Virus record (IMG/VR): IMGVR_UViG_3300012942_000114
Span: 1-28,213 of that record
DNA from: a virus
Taxonomy: Duplodnaviria; Caudoviricetes
DNA length: 28,213 nucleotides
Reading direction: 5' to 3' (one strand)
Below are positions 9,053 to 17,287 of the stretch, piece after piece. The notes beneath the pieces were generated by a model, which was not told the DNA's origin, did no database searches, and saw nothing but the letters and a program-made list of their open reading frames with translations. Position numbers and translations under genes: made by a program. The first letter of the stretch is position 1. Every line of letters starts with the position of its first letter.

Positions 9053-10619
9053 CAGTGGACCTCCCGCCAGACGGAGAACTAGACCCACCCGACGGCGCCG
9101 GCTTCCCAGACGATCCGCCGCCGGCCGGAGAAGGCTTCGGGGCCAGGGCCGCCTGAGCCTTCATCATCGACATCTGCTGGGCCTGCTGCTTCAGCTCCTG
9201 CGCCTGCTGCTCCTTGGCCAGCCGGTCCACCTCGGCCGGGGAGAACTTCCAGATGTTGCGCCAGATCCCCACCTGCGGTAGCGAGCCCGCCTGGGCCGCC
9301 GCCTGCGACTTCTCGATGATCGACGCCTTCTCCGTGTCGTCCCACATCAGCTCCAGAGCCGCCAGGTCGGCCCGCTCCTGGTCCCCCATCCACCGGAAGC
9401 ACAACGAGATGACCTTCGACCACTTCGGGTCCACCCGGTCGATCCGGTCATCGGCCTTGCCGACCTGGCCCTCCCGCGACAGGCTCGCGCCCTCCGCGGT
9501 CTGGTTCGCCGAGTCCGGCGAGAACACGTACATCGGGGTGCTGGAGGCCGCCGACAGCTGCTGCTGGGCGTCCTTGACCGACTGCAACACGCCGGTCATG
9601 TCCACCGCCGGCGCCACCCACATCTGCGAGTCAGCCGGCAGCTGCCAGAACCCGCCAGGGTCGGTCGTGAAGATCTTCTCGTAGTCGATCTCTTCGCCGG
9701 CCTGCGGATGGTCGTCCGGGTAGGTCGCCGGCAGGCCAATCGCCGCCATCCGCTGGAATGCCTGGTAGGTGGCGATCACCATCTGGTTCAGGATCAGCCG
9801 GTTCAGCCGGTCCAACAGGTCGATGTGCGGCTCGAACTCCGACACCCCGGCCCGGTTGGTGAACTTGACGACGGGAACCATCCCGCCCAGCTTCTCCAGC
9901 GTCGCCGACCGCGCGGGGTCCCAGTTCCACTCCTGGTTCACGAGGATGTCAGAGTGCTCGTCCAGCCGGGAGCATTCCTTCCACGCCACCAGGAGCCGAG
10001 TGTGCGGGCCCTGCGCCGGCAGCCCCAGCGAGTCCGTGGACGGCCCATCGCCCTCCGGATCAACATTCGGGTCGCCCCGCAACAGCAGGATCGCGTAGTC
10101 CCGGCGCTGAACCCCGTCGTGAAACGCCTTGAACGCCGCCAGTGTGGACCCCGTCGCCGGGTCCTCCTCAACCACGGCCTCCCGCGGGTCCTCCGCCGTC
10201 ACCAGCGGCACCCCGGTCTCCGGGTTGACATCGCCGACCCAGACGACGCCCTCCGACAGGCCCAGCATCATCTCGTGCGCGTCCCGGAACACCGTCTTCA
10301 TCCCGGCGCGGCCGATGATCTTCCACGCTTCGACGTCGCCGGCCTCGTCGTCGTCGACACCGGTGCGCACCCCGATCGGCCGCATCCGGTTCGCCAGCGA
10401 CAACACCACCGGCTCCGCCAGGTTCACCCGGCACGTCTTCTGGAACGCCTCGAATGCCGGCCGGCACGCCTCCCGCTCCACCGGCAGCGGCGGGTTGCCC
10501 CGCAGGTACTGGTCGAGCCGGTTGAGCCGCTTCAGCCGCTTCGGGTCGCTTCGCTTCAGCGACAGCCGGACCATCCACCAGCCCGGCGAGAGCGGGGTCT
10601 CGATATCGCCAAGGGACAT
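8973..10619 (-). CDS. Portal protein (SPP1 gp6-like)
   Basis: 548 aa after terL; PVVKFTN, SEFEPHIDLLDRLN, QAFQR motifs. Confidence 0.93.
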   Translation of the reverse strand: MSLGDIETPLSPGWWMVRLSLKRSDPKRLKRLNRLDQYLRGNPPLPVEREACRPAFEAFQKTCRVNLAEPVVLSLANRMRPIGVRTGVDDDEAGDVEAWKIIGRAGMKTVFRDAHEMMLGLSEGVVWVGDVNPETGVPLVTAEDPREAVVEEDPATGSTLAAFKAFHDGVQRRDYAILLLRGDPNVDPEGDGPSTDSLGLPAQGPHTRLLVAWKECSRLDEHSDILVNQEWNWDPARSATLEKLGGMVPVVKFTNRAGVSEFEPHIDLLDRLNRLILNQMVIATYQAFQRMAAIGLPATYPDDHPQAGEEIDYEKIFTTDPGGFWQLPADSQMWVAPAVDMTGVLQSVKDAQQQLSAASSTPMYVFSPDSANQTAEGASLSREGQVGKADDRIDRVDPKWSKVISLCFRWMGDQERADLAALELMWDDTEKASIIEKSQAAAQAGSLPQVGIWRNIWKFSPAEVDRLAKEQQAQELKQQAQQMSMMKAQAALAPKPSPAGGGSSGKPAPSGGSSSPSGGRSTGGNNAPRSARGGKSGGSGSSGGRVSS

Positions 10620-10629
10620 GCAGACCCCC

Positions 10630-12324
10630 TTAGCGAATCCGTTTCGGCACGTAGTGTCGGTTGTCGACGTTGGCCAGGCCCTTCGCCACCGCGTCGTTAC
10701 GCGCCTGCCACGCCAACACCGCGGCGATGAACGCGTCGATCTTGCGGGGGGACTTCGGGAAGTCCTTCTTCACCGTCAAGTGGTTGTGGTCGATGCGGCG
10801 CCGGCCCTGCACCGTGTGCTTCCACAAGATCGGATGCCCGTCGTGCGACAGCTCCTTCTGCACCACGGCCTCCTGGAACGACAGGAACGCCCGCTCCGCC
10901 TTCATCACCGAACCGCCGGTCATCCACCACTCGATCGGATGCGCCTTCGGGCCGATTTGCAGCCGCTCCCCGTACCGGGCCTCCCATGTGCTGACCCAGC
11001 CCTCCCAGCGGGCCGGGTCGGCGTAGAAGCCCACCACGCGGTACTTCTTGAAGCACTGCGCCACCGCGGCATCCACCTGGTCCGCGGGCGGGGTCCAGCC
11101 CTTGCCCTTCGGGCCCTCCGGCTGCTCCCACACGTCCACCAGGAACAAGTGCCCGTCCTTCACCCGGCAGCCCACCAGGGCCGTCGAGTCCGCCACGCCC
11201 GACTTCACGCCGCGCGAGCCGTCGAAGCCCAACACCACCGTGTCGCCAGCCGCGATCTCCGGGATGTCCCGGGCCAGCTTCTCCGCGTACACCGCGTTCC
11301 ACTCGTAGTTGGCGATGAACTGGTCAGAGGCGTGCGTGATCTGGTTCAGGAAGTTGCCGCGGGCCATCTGAAGGTCGCCGTTCGGCGACCGGATCGAGTT
11401 CATCCGGTCTTCGAGGTCCGCCCAGCCCGGCCGAATGCACGGCGGGTCGTGGATCACGCACTCGTCGATGTCCGCCGAGTCGCCGTACGCGACCGCCAGG
11501 CCATGCAGCAGCGACGCGTCGTCATCGATGTCCGTGTCGCCCGGCGCCTCGCGGTGGTCGTACAGCAGCGTGTTCGGAACCTTGCGGCCCTCCACGATCG
11601 CCGACCAGAACGCCGCCGTCTCCTCCGCCACCGAACCCTCGCCCGGCACGAACGCGTTCGGCGACTCCAGCGTCGAACCGCCGATCTTCGTCGCGTTGTC
11701 CCGAAGCACCTGAGCCAGCCGCAGCCCGCCGTTGGTGGCGACCCACTCCTCCGTCTGGTCCATGATGCTGAACACCGCGCGGGCGCCCTTGATGGACCGA
11801 GCCGATGACGGCATGGGCTCAATCCGGCCGCTCGGAAGGTTCACGAACCCGCCCAGCGGCTCAGTGCCGGGGTAGTTGTCCAGCACCGGGCCCTCAAGCA
11901 GCTCCAGGATCGGCGTCCACGAGTTCCGCATGACCTGCTTGTCGGAGACCGCGGCCACCAACACCAGCGGCGTCCGGATCTCCGACCACGGGATCCCCAC
12001 CGGCTGCCCGTCGGCGTCCCAGCCGCCCGGCACCACCGGGCCCAGAGCCTCCGCGCACGCGATCGCCGCCAAAAACGGCGACTTCCCCCAACCACGAGGC
12101 CGCGACAGCACGCCCTGGCGGATCTTCCGCTTGCCCTGGCCCCGCTTGCCCTCCGGGTCAATCTCGTAGAACCGCAGCAGAAACTCGGCCTGCTCCCGGG
12201 TCACGATGTACGGCCTGTAGCGGCCGCTGCCGGTGTCCGGGGCCGCCAAGTTCTCCGCCATCCAGTCGATGACGTCGTAGCCCAGCGTCGGCCGCTCACC
12301 CTCGAACGTCGGCTTCCACGGCAT
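10630..12324 (-). CDS. terL: Terminase large subunit
   Basis: Walker A RPRGWGKS, Walker B-like IMDQTE, nuclease LGFDGS, C-terminal SPRKIDA. Confidence 0.96.
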   Translation of the reverse strand: MPWKPTFEGERPTLGYDVIDWMAENLAAPDTGSGRYRPYIVTREQAEFLLRFYEIDPEGKRGQGKRKIRQGVLSRPRGWGKSPFLAAIACAEALGPVVPGGWDADGQPVGIPWSEIRTPLVLVAAVSDKQVMRNSWTPILELLEGPVLDNYPGTEPLGGFVNLPSGRIEPMPSSARSIKGARAVFSIMDQTEEWVATNGGLRLAQVLRDNATKIGGSTLESPNAFVPGEGSVAEETAAFWSAIVEGRKVPNTLLYDHREAPGDTDIDDDASLLHGLAVAYGDSADIDECVIHDPPCIRPGWADLEDRMNSIRSPNGDLQMARGNFLNQITHASDQFIANYEWNAVYAEKLARDIPEIAAGDTVVLGFDGSRGVKSGVADSTALVGCRVKDGHLFLVDVWEQPEGPKGKGWTPPADQVDAAVAQCFKKYRVVGFYADPARWEGWVSTWEARYGERLQIGPKAHPIEWWMTGGSVMKAERAFLSFQEAVVQKELSHDGHPILWKHTVQGRRRIDHNHLTVKKDFPKSPRKIDAFIAAVLAWQARNDAVAKGLANVDNRHYVPKRIR

Positions 12325-12330
12325 GGTGGG

Positions 12331-12849
12331 CTAGCCCGCGTCGTCAGGGTCTGACTCGGGGGCCGGCTTCCTCAGCGGCAACACCAGGCCGGTACCGCGG
12401 GAATCGTTCGGGTGCGACGAATCCAACCTGATCCCGCCGAACCGCTTCCGGGCCTCCTCCGGCGTCACCCGGCCCATGCGCTTCTCGTCCTTCTCGTCCG
12501 CGTCAGCGAACTGCATCCGCAGCCGCGCACGGTCCTCAGGAGTCGCGCCGAACTTCGCCACCCGCAGCCGCACCTCGGCCGCGAGGGTCCACTGGCCCTT
12601 CTCCCACATCGCGTGGTGCATCAGGGCCGTGTCCATCAGGAACGACCAGTCCGTCGCAGTGAACGTGTCCGACTGCGCCGAGTCGATCCACATCTGCCAC
12701 CACGCCTTTGTCATCGGATGCCAGTCGATCTCCTTGGGGAGATCCGGCGCATCCGCCGGCACATACCGCAGCACGGTGTTCGGCACTGGGTCAGCATTGC
12801 GCCGGGCCCGCCTGGACGGGTCCTTAGGCGCTGGACCACGTCCAGCCAT
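12331..12849 (-). CDS. terS: Terminase small subunit
   Basis: MAGRGPAPK N-terminus, WHP-x-T-x-x-WW, ATDW, FGATPEDRARL; ATG 12849 with GGAGG; directly upstream of terL. Confidence 0.9.
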   Translation of the reverse strand: MAGRGPAPKDPSRRARRNADPVPNTVLRYVPADAPDLPKEIDWHPMTKAWWQMWIDSAQSDTFTATDWSFLMDTALMHHAMWEKGQWTLAAEVRLRVAKFGATPEDRARLRMQFADADEKDEKRMGRVTPEEARKRFGGIRLDSSHPNDSRGTGLVLPLRKPAPESDPDDAG

Positions 12850-12912
12850 CTTGGTTCCTCCCATGGCGGGCGCGCTGAGCCCCATGTCGGGGCCAAACGC
12901 TACGGAAAAGGG

Positions 12913-13788
12913 CTACGAGCCCTGCACATACGACCGCAACGGAACCAGCCGCGGATCCGTTGACGGAGACTGCAACTTGTCCATCGACCAGGCGCACACG
13001 CCCCGAAGGCCCAGCGACTTCGCCGAGGCGACCTTCGCCGCCACCGCCGCCTGCGTCGTGTCCACATAGGACGGGTCCAAGCCGATGCCCAGCATGATCT
13101 TCGACGCCGGAACGCCCCCCGAGATGTACGCCGACACGTCGACCACCCCGTCGTTCCAATACGTCATCACGTTCACCACATCAACCGACGAGGCCGCCGC
13201 CGCCACGATCGGGACCGGATGCTGCCCCAGGTCCACCGCCGTCGACAGCTGCTTGCCCGCCGGGCGGGCCGCGTTCAGCTTCGACAACAGCGACACGAAC
13301 GGAGCCTGCGTAACCGACTCTTCCCAGTCGATGTCCACCCCGTCGTACCCGTAGTCCGTGCACGCCGCCCAGATCGCCGACACGAACCCGTCGATGCGCG
13401 CCGACGCCGTGCTCGCCACGAACTGAGAGCCGAACCCCTCCGACCCGATCGTCAACACACACGACCGGCCCGCGGCATGCACCGCGGTGATCGTCGCCGA
13501 CCGGCGGGCCGCCGTGATGTCGGTGAACGTGACCGTCCCGGTGTTGGTCGGGTAGCAGCCGAAGTGCGACACCTGCGTCCACGCCGAGTAGTCCGGCGCC
13601 GTCGCCGGAATGCTGCCCTGCGTCCAGCCCGGGAACCACACCAGGGCCTCACCGCCGGCCTCCGGATCCTCCGGCGGGTCCTGCGGGGCCAACGCCGCCA
13701 CAGTCGCCTCCAGGGCCGCCACGCGGCCCTCCAGGTCCGTCACCCGCCCGGCCAGCTGCGTCACGTCACCGGGGCCCACACCGATCAC
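12913..13788 (-). CDS. Glycoside hydrolase family 18 (chitinase-like) with N-terminal coiled coil
   Basis: DGVDIDWE (DxDxE) catalytic motif, VNVMTY, SKIMLG, GLRGVCAWS; GTG 13788 overlaps the HNH stop. Confidence 0.88.
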   Translation of the reverse strand: MIGVGPGDVTQLAGRVTDLEGRVAALEATVAALAPQDPPEDPEAGGEALVWFPGWTQGSIPATAPDYSAWTQVSHFGCYPTNTGTVTFTDITAARRSATITAVHAAGRSCVLTIGSEGFGSQFVASTASARIDGFVSAIWAACTDYGYDGVDIDWEESVTQAPFVSLLSKLNAARPAGKQLSTAVDLGQHPVPIVAAAASSVDVVNVMTYWNDGVVDVSAYISGGVPASKIMLGIGLDPSYVDTTQAAVAAKVASAKSLGLRGVCAWSMDKLQSPSTDPRLVPLRSYVQGS

Positions 13789-14093
13789 GGAAGGTCCCCC
13801 ATCCCCGGATGCTGCTCCGGCGGCCGTTTGATCGAAACCCGCTTCTTCGCGTCGTTGCCCTCGCGGGACGACTTGTAGCGGTGGCACCACGGCTCGACGT
13901 TCGTGTGCGCCCAGTCCAGGTTCGCCAACCGGTGGTCGTCACCGCGGACGATGTGGTCCAGCTGGTCGCCGCCCGGCTTCCCGCACAAGTGGCAGATATG
14001 CTGCGGGTTCTGGCGGTGCTTCGCCGCCCTCAGCTGATCCCAGTTCGCCGGGAGCCGGCGCCGACGAGACGAGCCAGCCCAGTTACCGGGCAT
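13785..14093 (-). CDS. HNH endonuclease (packaging-associated)
   Basis: RLPANW, CHLC, DHI...DDH...NL...CH-x-x-KS-x-x-EG, RPPEQHPG. Confidence 0.9.
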   Translation of the reverse strand: MPGNWAGSSRRRRLPANWDQLRAAKHRQNPQHICHLCGKPGGDQLDHIVRGDDHRLANLDWAHTNVEPWCHRYKSSREGNDAKKRVSIKRPPEQHPGMGDLP

Positions 14094-14361
14094 CGCCCAG
14101 AACTCGGGCCTTCTCCGCCTCGTTCAGCGGGCGGCGGTTCTTGCCGGACAGCATGTCCAACTTCCTGCGCCACAGCTTCCGCTCGCGGCGATCGCGCCTG
14201 GGCGCGCTCTGCACATAGAAGCCGATCAGGCCGCGGATCCCGACGCTGAAGTGACCCCGGGCCACCTTCACGCCCACGATGCCGCGAGTCGGCGTGTAGA
14301 GGCCCAGATACCAGCGCGGCTCATCAAACGGCCCCGTCGAGATCACAGCGTGCCTGCGCAT
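14083..14361 (-). CDS. Hypothetical basic protein
   Basis: ATG 14361 coupled to the upstream stop (TGATG); 92 aa. Confidence 0.7.
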   Translation of the reverse strand: MRRHAVISTGPFDEPRWYLGLYTPTRGIVGVKVARGHFSVGIRGLIGFYVQSAPRRDRRERKLWRRKLDMLSGKNRRPLNEAEKARVLGDAR

Positions 14362-14690
14362 CAGACGGTCATCGCCTGGTACTTGACCGACGCGGTCGAC
14401 GCCTTGAACACCAGCGTGCCGCCGAACACCGAGCTGTCGAACCCACCGAACACCCTCGTCTCGCTCGCGGCGAGGGTCACCGTGTAGTCGGCGACGTCGA
14501 AGCCGCCCACCGTCGCCGGGGTCGTGAACACCACCGTCGCCGAGGACGCGTCGGTGTTCGACAGGGTCAGCTGCAACGTGTGCGCGTTGACCACGCGGTT
14601 GCCGTTCGTGGCGTCGCACGCCGCGGCAGCAGCGGCAGTCGCCCCGGCCTTCGTGACGGCCACTGGCGTGATGACAGTGGGAGTTGGCAT
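14361..14690 (-). CDS. Hypothetical Thr/Ala/Val-rich beta protein, possibly virion-associated
   Basis: 109 aa, RBS AGGAGG, beta-sandwich-like composition. Confidence 0.75.
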   Translation of the reverse strand: MPTPTVITPVAVTKAGATAAAAAACDATNGNRVVNAHTLQLTLSNTDASSATVVFTTPATVGGFDVADYTVTLAASETRVFGGFDSSVFGGTLVFKASTASVKYQAMTV

Positions 14691-14700
14691 GAGGGTCCTC

Positions 14701-15441
14701 CTACGCGATAGCGCGCTGTACGGCCCTCTCGGTCGAGCGGCCGATCCGTGTCCAGCCGCCGCAGGTGTTGCAGCGGAACCTTTTGAACATCCCCAGCCGC
14801 GTGTACGCGTACCCGCGGGACTGGAAGCTGTGAGAGCCGCACCGGTCGCAGGCGCCGGGGTCGCCGTCGATCAGGCCGACGTGCGGGTGGTTGGTGATCC
14901 AGGGCAGCATCTTGACGTACAGCTGCTCGGTCAACGTGACGTCCCGGCGGTTGTACTTGCGCATCTTGTCCTGCGCGGCGGCCTGCCGGCGGATCACGCC
15001 CAGCCACAGCTCGAAGCCGCCGGTGTCCATCTTGTGGCCCAGGTTGCCGTCGGCGGCGACGAAGTCGAGCTTGTTCGACAGGAACCGGAACTTCGACTTG
15101 GCGACCTGGTACAGGTCGACCTGCTGGTAGGGCGAGGGCGGCAGCATGTCCGCGTGCCAGAACTCCCGGTTGATCGTCGGCATGTCGAACCGCTTGCCGT
15201 TGTAGTGCACCACCACGTCGGCCTCGTCGAGCAGTTCCCAGATGATGTCGAGCATCCCCTGGCGGCCGTCGGTCCATTCCGAGGTGAAGTAGACCTTCTT
15301 CTCGCCGTACCATTTCCAGGCCATACAGACCATTTCGCCAACCCGCTCGATCTGGTTGACGCCGATGTTCTGCTTCCACAGCGAGTACGCGTAGGCCAGG
15401 CTCGGGACGGTTTCGATGTCGAGGATCAGGATGCGGGCCAC
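14701..15441 (-). CDS. DnaQ/RNase H-like 3'-5' exonuclease with C-terminal Zn ribbon
   Basis: ILDIET, HYNGKRFD, KYN-x-x-DV, CDRC...CNTC; GTG 15441 with AAGGGGA. Confidence 0.88.
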   Translation of the reverse strand: MARILILDIETVPSLAYAYSLWKQNIGVNQIERVGEMVCMAWKWYGEKKVYFTSEWTDGRQGMLDIIWELLDEADVVVHYNGKRFDMPTINREFWHADMLPPSPYQQVDLYQVAKSKFRFLSNKLDFVAADGNLGHKMDTGGFELWLGVIRRQAAAQDKMRKYNRRDVTLTEQLYVKMLPWITNHPHVGLIDGDPGACDRCGSHSFQSRGYAYTRLGMFKRFRCNTCGGWTRIGRSTERAVQRAIA

Positions 15442-15490
15442 GTGAATCCCCTTCCGGGGTCGCGCCGCACCCTGTCTGCGGCTGAAGGTG

Positions 15491-15572
15491 CTTGCCCCGC
15501 CCCACTGGCGGTTACCCACAAGGTCCGCTTGCGCCGTTCACCCCGATACGGCGCGTCGCAGGGCGGGGCAAG
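15491..15572 (-). ncRNA. Putative three-way-junction RNA
   Basis: Perfect 12-bp stem 15491-15502/15561-15572 enclosing a 7-bp stem (15531-15537/15548-15554) and a shorter stem (15508-15528). Confidence 0.4.
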
Positions 15573-15587
15573 AGAGCGTCCCCCGCG

Positions 15588-15658
15588 GTCCCCGTCCAGG
15601 AATCGAACCTGGGACCAACGGCGTTTAGGCCGGCACTCTCCCACTGAGTTAACGGGCG
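15588..15658 (-). tRNA. Degenerate tRNA-like element, anticodon unassignable
   Basis: D arm ACTC-AGTGGGA-GAGT, perfect T arm CCAGG-TTCGATT-CCTGG, 5-bp acceptor CCCGT/ACGGG, anticodon arm CGGC-CTAAAC-GCCG with a 6-nt loop. Confidence 0.65.
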
Positions 15659-15761
15659 GGGGGACGATTGCGGACCGCCCACCGAAGCGCGGCGGCCGAG
15701 ACCGCGCCGCCCAGAATGGCGGCGGCGAGGGGGGCGTGGAAGATCACCCAGGCGGGGATTC

Positions 15762-15959
15762 TCACCGGAAGCCGACCTGGGTGTCGGCGGCCTCCGCGGG
15801 GGCCAGGTCGTCGAGCAGTTGCGCCAGCCGCATCCAGGCGTCGGCCTGGGCGATGGCGGGCTCAGTGAGGTTCCAGTACGTCTGGGCGGACCGCAGGATG
15901 TCCGCGGCCTGCGCCAGGGCATCCTCGACGGTGATCTTCATCGTGTCACTGGCAGTCAC
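15762..15959 (-). CDS. Hypothetical protein
   Basis: GTG 15959 with GGAGG (or ATG 15941); helical, A-x-AW-x-x-LA motif. Confidence 0.7.
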   Translation of the reverse strand: MTASDTMKITVEDALAQAADILRSAQTYWNLTEPAIAQADAWMRLAQLLDDLAPAEAADTQVGFR

Positions 15960-16022
15960 GGGCGGACCTCCGGGGTGCGGGGCTCTGACCTGCGGGAAGA
16001 TAGTCTGATCTCCCCCCACACC

Positions 16023-16682
16023 TCACCCTACGGTCACCCCGGGTGATCGACAAGGGGTAACCCCTCCAAAATGATCTTGGGCCTCCTGGGACCCCGTGAT
16101 GTGCGCCGCCAGCAGCCCGATCGTGTCCCGATCCCACGTCGCCCCGCAGTGCCCGCACAGGGCGTTCACGTCCGCCAGGTGCACGTGCAGCGCCCGCTGC
16201 TCGCAGTGCGGGCACTCCGCGTTCGGCCGCCACGGCGGCGTCGTCCAGCCCGTCACGATCCGCGCCCACGTCACCCAGCGCCCCACGTCGTGCGCCAGGA
16301 CGTCCAGCTCGTCGTCGCCCATCGACAAGCAGTCACCGACGAGGATCCGCAATTCGTCCTCCAGCCGATCCAATTTCCGGCGGCCCCGCCAATGGCGCAC
16401 CCCGGCGTGAATCGCGGCCAGCCGGTCGATCGCCTGGATGTTGATCGGGGGCTTCGAGCCGAACGTGTCGAAGCTGCCGCCGTCATCGTCCGGGGCGCCG
16501 GTCCCGTCGTGAGTCTGGTCCCGCATTTGATTCAGCAGCGACGGGAATTGAATTCGGTGAGAACGCGTCACCATTTCTTTCCCGACCTGCACCGTGTACG
16601 GCTGCACGTGGGTCGACGGCTCGACCAGCGCGTCCACGTCGGCGGCAATCCGCTGGAGCAGCGTGTCCCGGCCGGCGCTCAC
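16023..16682 (-). CDS. Zn-finger protein (CPHC...CGHC), possible late-gene regulator
   Basis: 219 aa; PSLL-x-Q, SKPP, C-terminal CxxC pairs. The regulator role is inference from position. Confidence 0.75.
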   Translation of the reverse strand: MSAGRDTLLQRIAADVDALVEPSTHVQPYTVQVGKEMVTRSHRIQFPSLLNQMRDQTHDGTGAPDDDGGSFDTFGSKPPINIQAIDRLAAIHAGVRHWRGRRKLDRLEDELRILVGDCLSMGDDELDVLAHDVGRWVTWARIVTGWTTPPWRPNAECPHCEQRALHVHLADVNALCGHCGATWDRDTIGLLAAHITGSQEAQDHFGGVTPCRSPGVTVG

Positions 16683-16693
16683 GCTGCGGCCTC

Positions 16694-17080
16694 GGTTCCA
16701 TGGTTCCCGCGGTTCCCCCGGGGCTGCGCCGCCTGGCGCTCTCTATGGTTCCAAGGTTCCCCCCCTTTAGGGGGGGGGAACCTCTGGAACCTTAGAGAGA
16801 GGCGGCTCGCCTGGTTTCCCGGGTCAAGATCAACTGTCAGTTCGGAACCTAGGTTCCATGGTTCCGGAACCGACAAACCGGACTGGCCAGATGCCGTCTG
16901 ACCTGCGGAAACGCTTCGGGTGGTGTGGTACGTCAAGATCCACTCCTGGGTCTCGATCGGCCATCCACACGGGGTCTAGGATGTCTGTTATGGGCGAAAC
17001 GCCCGACCGGGAACCTAGGTTCCATGGTTCCGAACCGAACATTTCGGGCGGCCCCCAGATCTCTGACCTGCGGAAACGCT
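16694..17080. repeat. GGTTCC/GGAACC iteron-like region, candidate replication origin
   Basis: 14 GGTTCC/GGAACC hexamers; 23-bp direct repeat at 16844 and 17010; 19-bp direct repeat at 16897 and 17062; C7/G9 hairpin at 16754-16783. Confidence 0.8.
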
Positions 17081-17178
17081 CCGTAGCCGACCCTACCGTC
17101 CGTGACGGCCACCGGACAGGGGTAACCCGTTCGTGAACTGCCCACAAACCGGTCAGAACCGTACCAGACGTCCTGCTG

Positions 17179-17273
17179 GTTCGATGATCATCGAACTCCC
17201 AGACCCGTACGCATGATTAGGGGCAGCACGCCCCGGTCGCGGATGATATGGGGGGTAGGGGGTCTCCACCCCC
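17179..17273. other. Candidate cos / packaging region
   Basis: Minus strand GGGGGTGGAGACCCCCTACCCCCC...GTACGGGTCTGGGA plus a perfect 18-bp palindrome at 17179-17196. Resembles, from recollection only, sequence near HNH-terS junctions in actinophages. Confidence 0.4.
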
Positions 17274-17287
17274 TCTTGGGGTGTAGT

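Noticed and set aside
11745-11770. TerL Walker B reads DQTE rather than DE
   Set aside because: The rest of the gene is intact and I recall this variant in actinophage terminases, so it is not evidence of inactivation.
15445-15590. HDV-like (theta) ribozyme 3' of the tRNA-like element
   Set aside because: I could not fit the nested P1/P1.1/P2/P3 double pseudoknot by eye.
16679-17147. Minus-strand ORFs across the GGTTCC region
   Set aside because: The translations are dominated by DNA repeats (EPWN). 16679..16936 has a GTGA overlap with the next gene, so it is not fully excluded.
17179-17196. LexA box
   Set aside because: The half-sites GTTCGA/TCGAAC are in the reverse order and spacing to TCGAAC-N4-GTTCGA.
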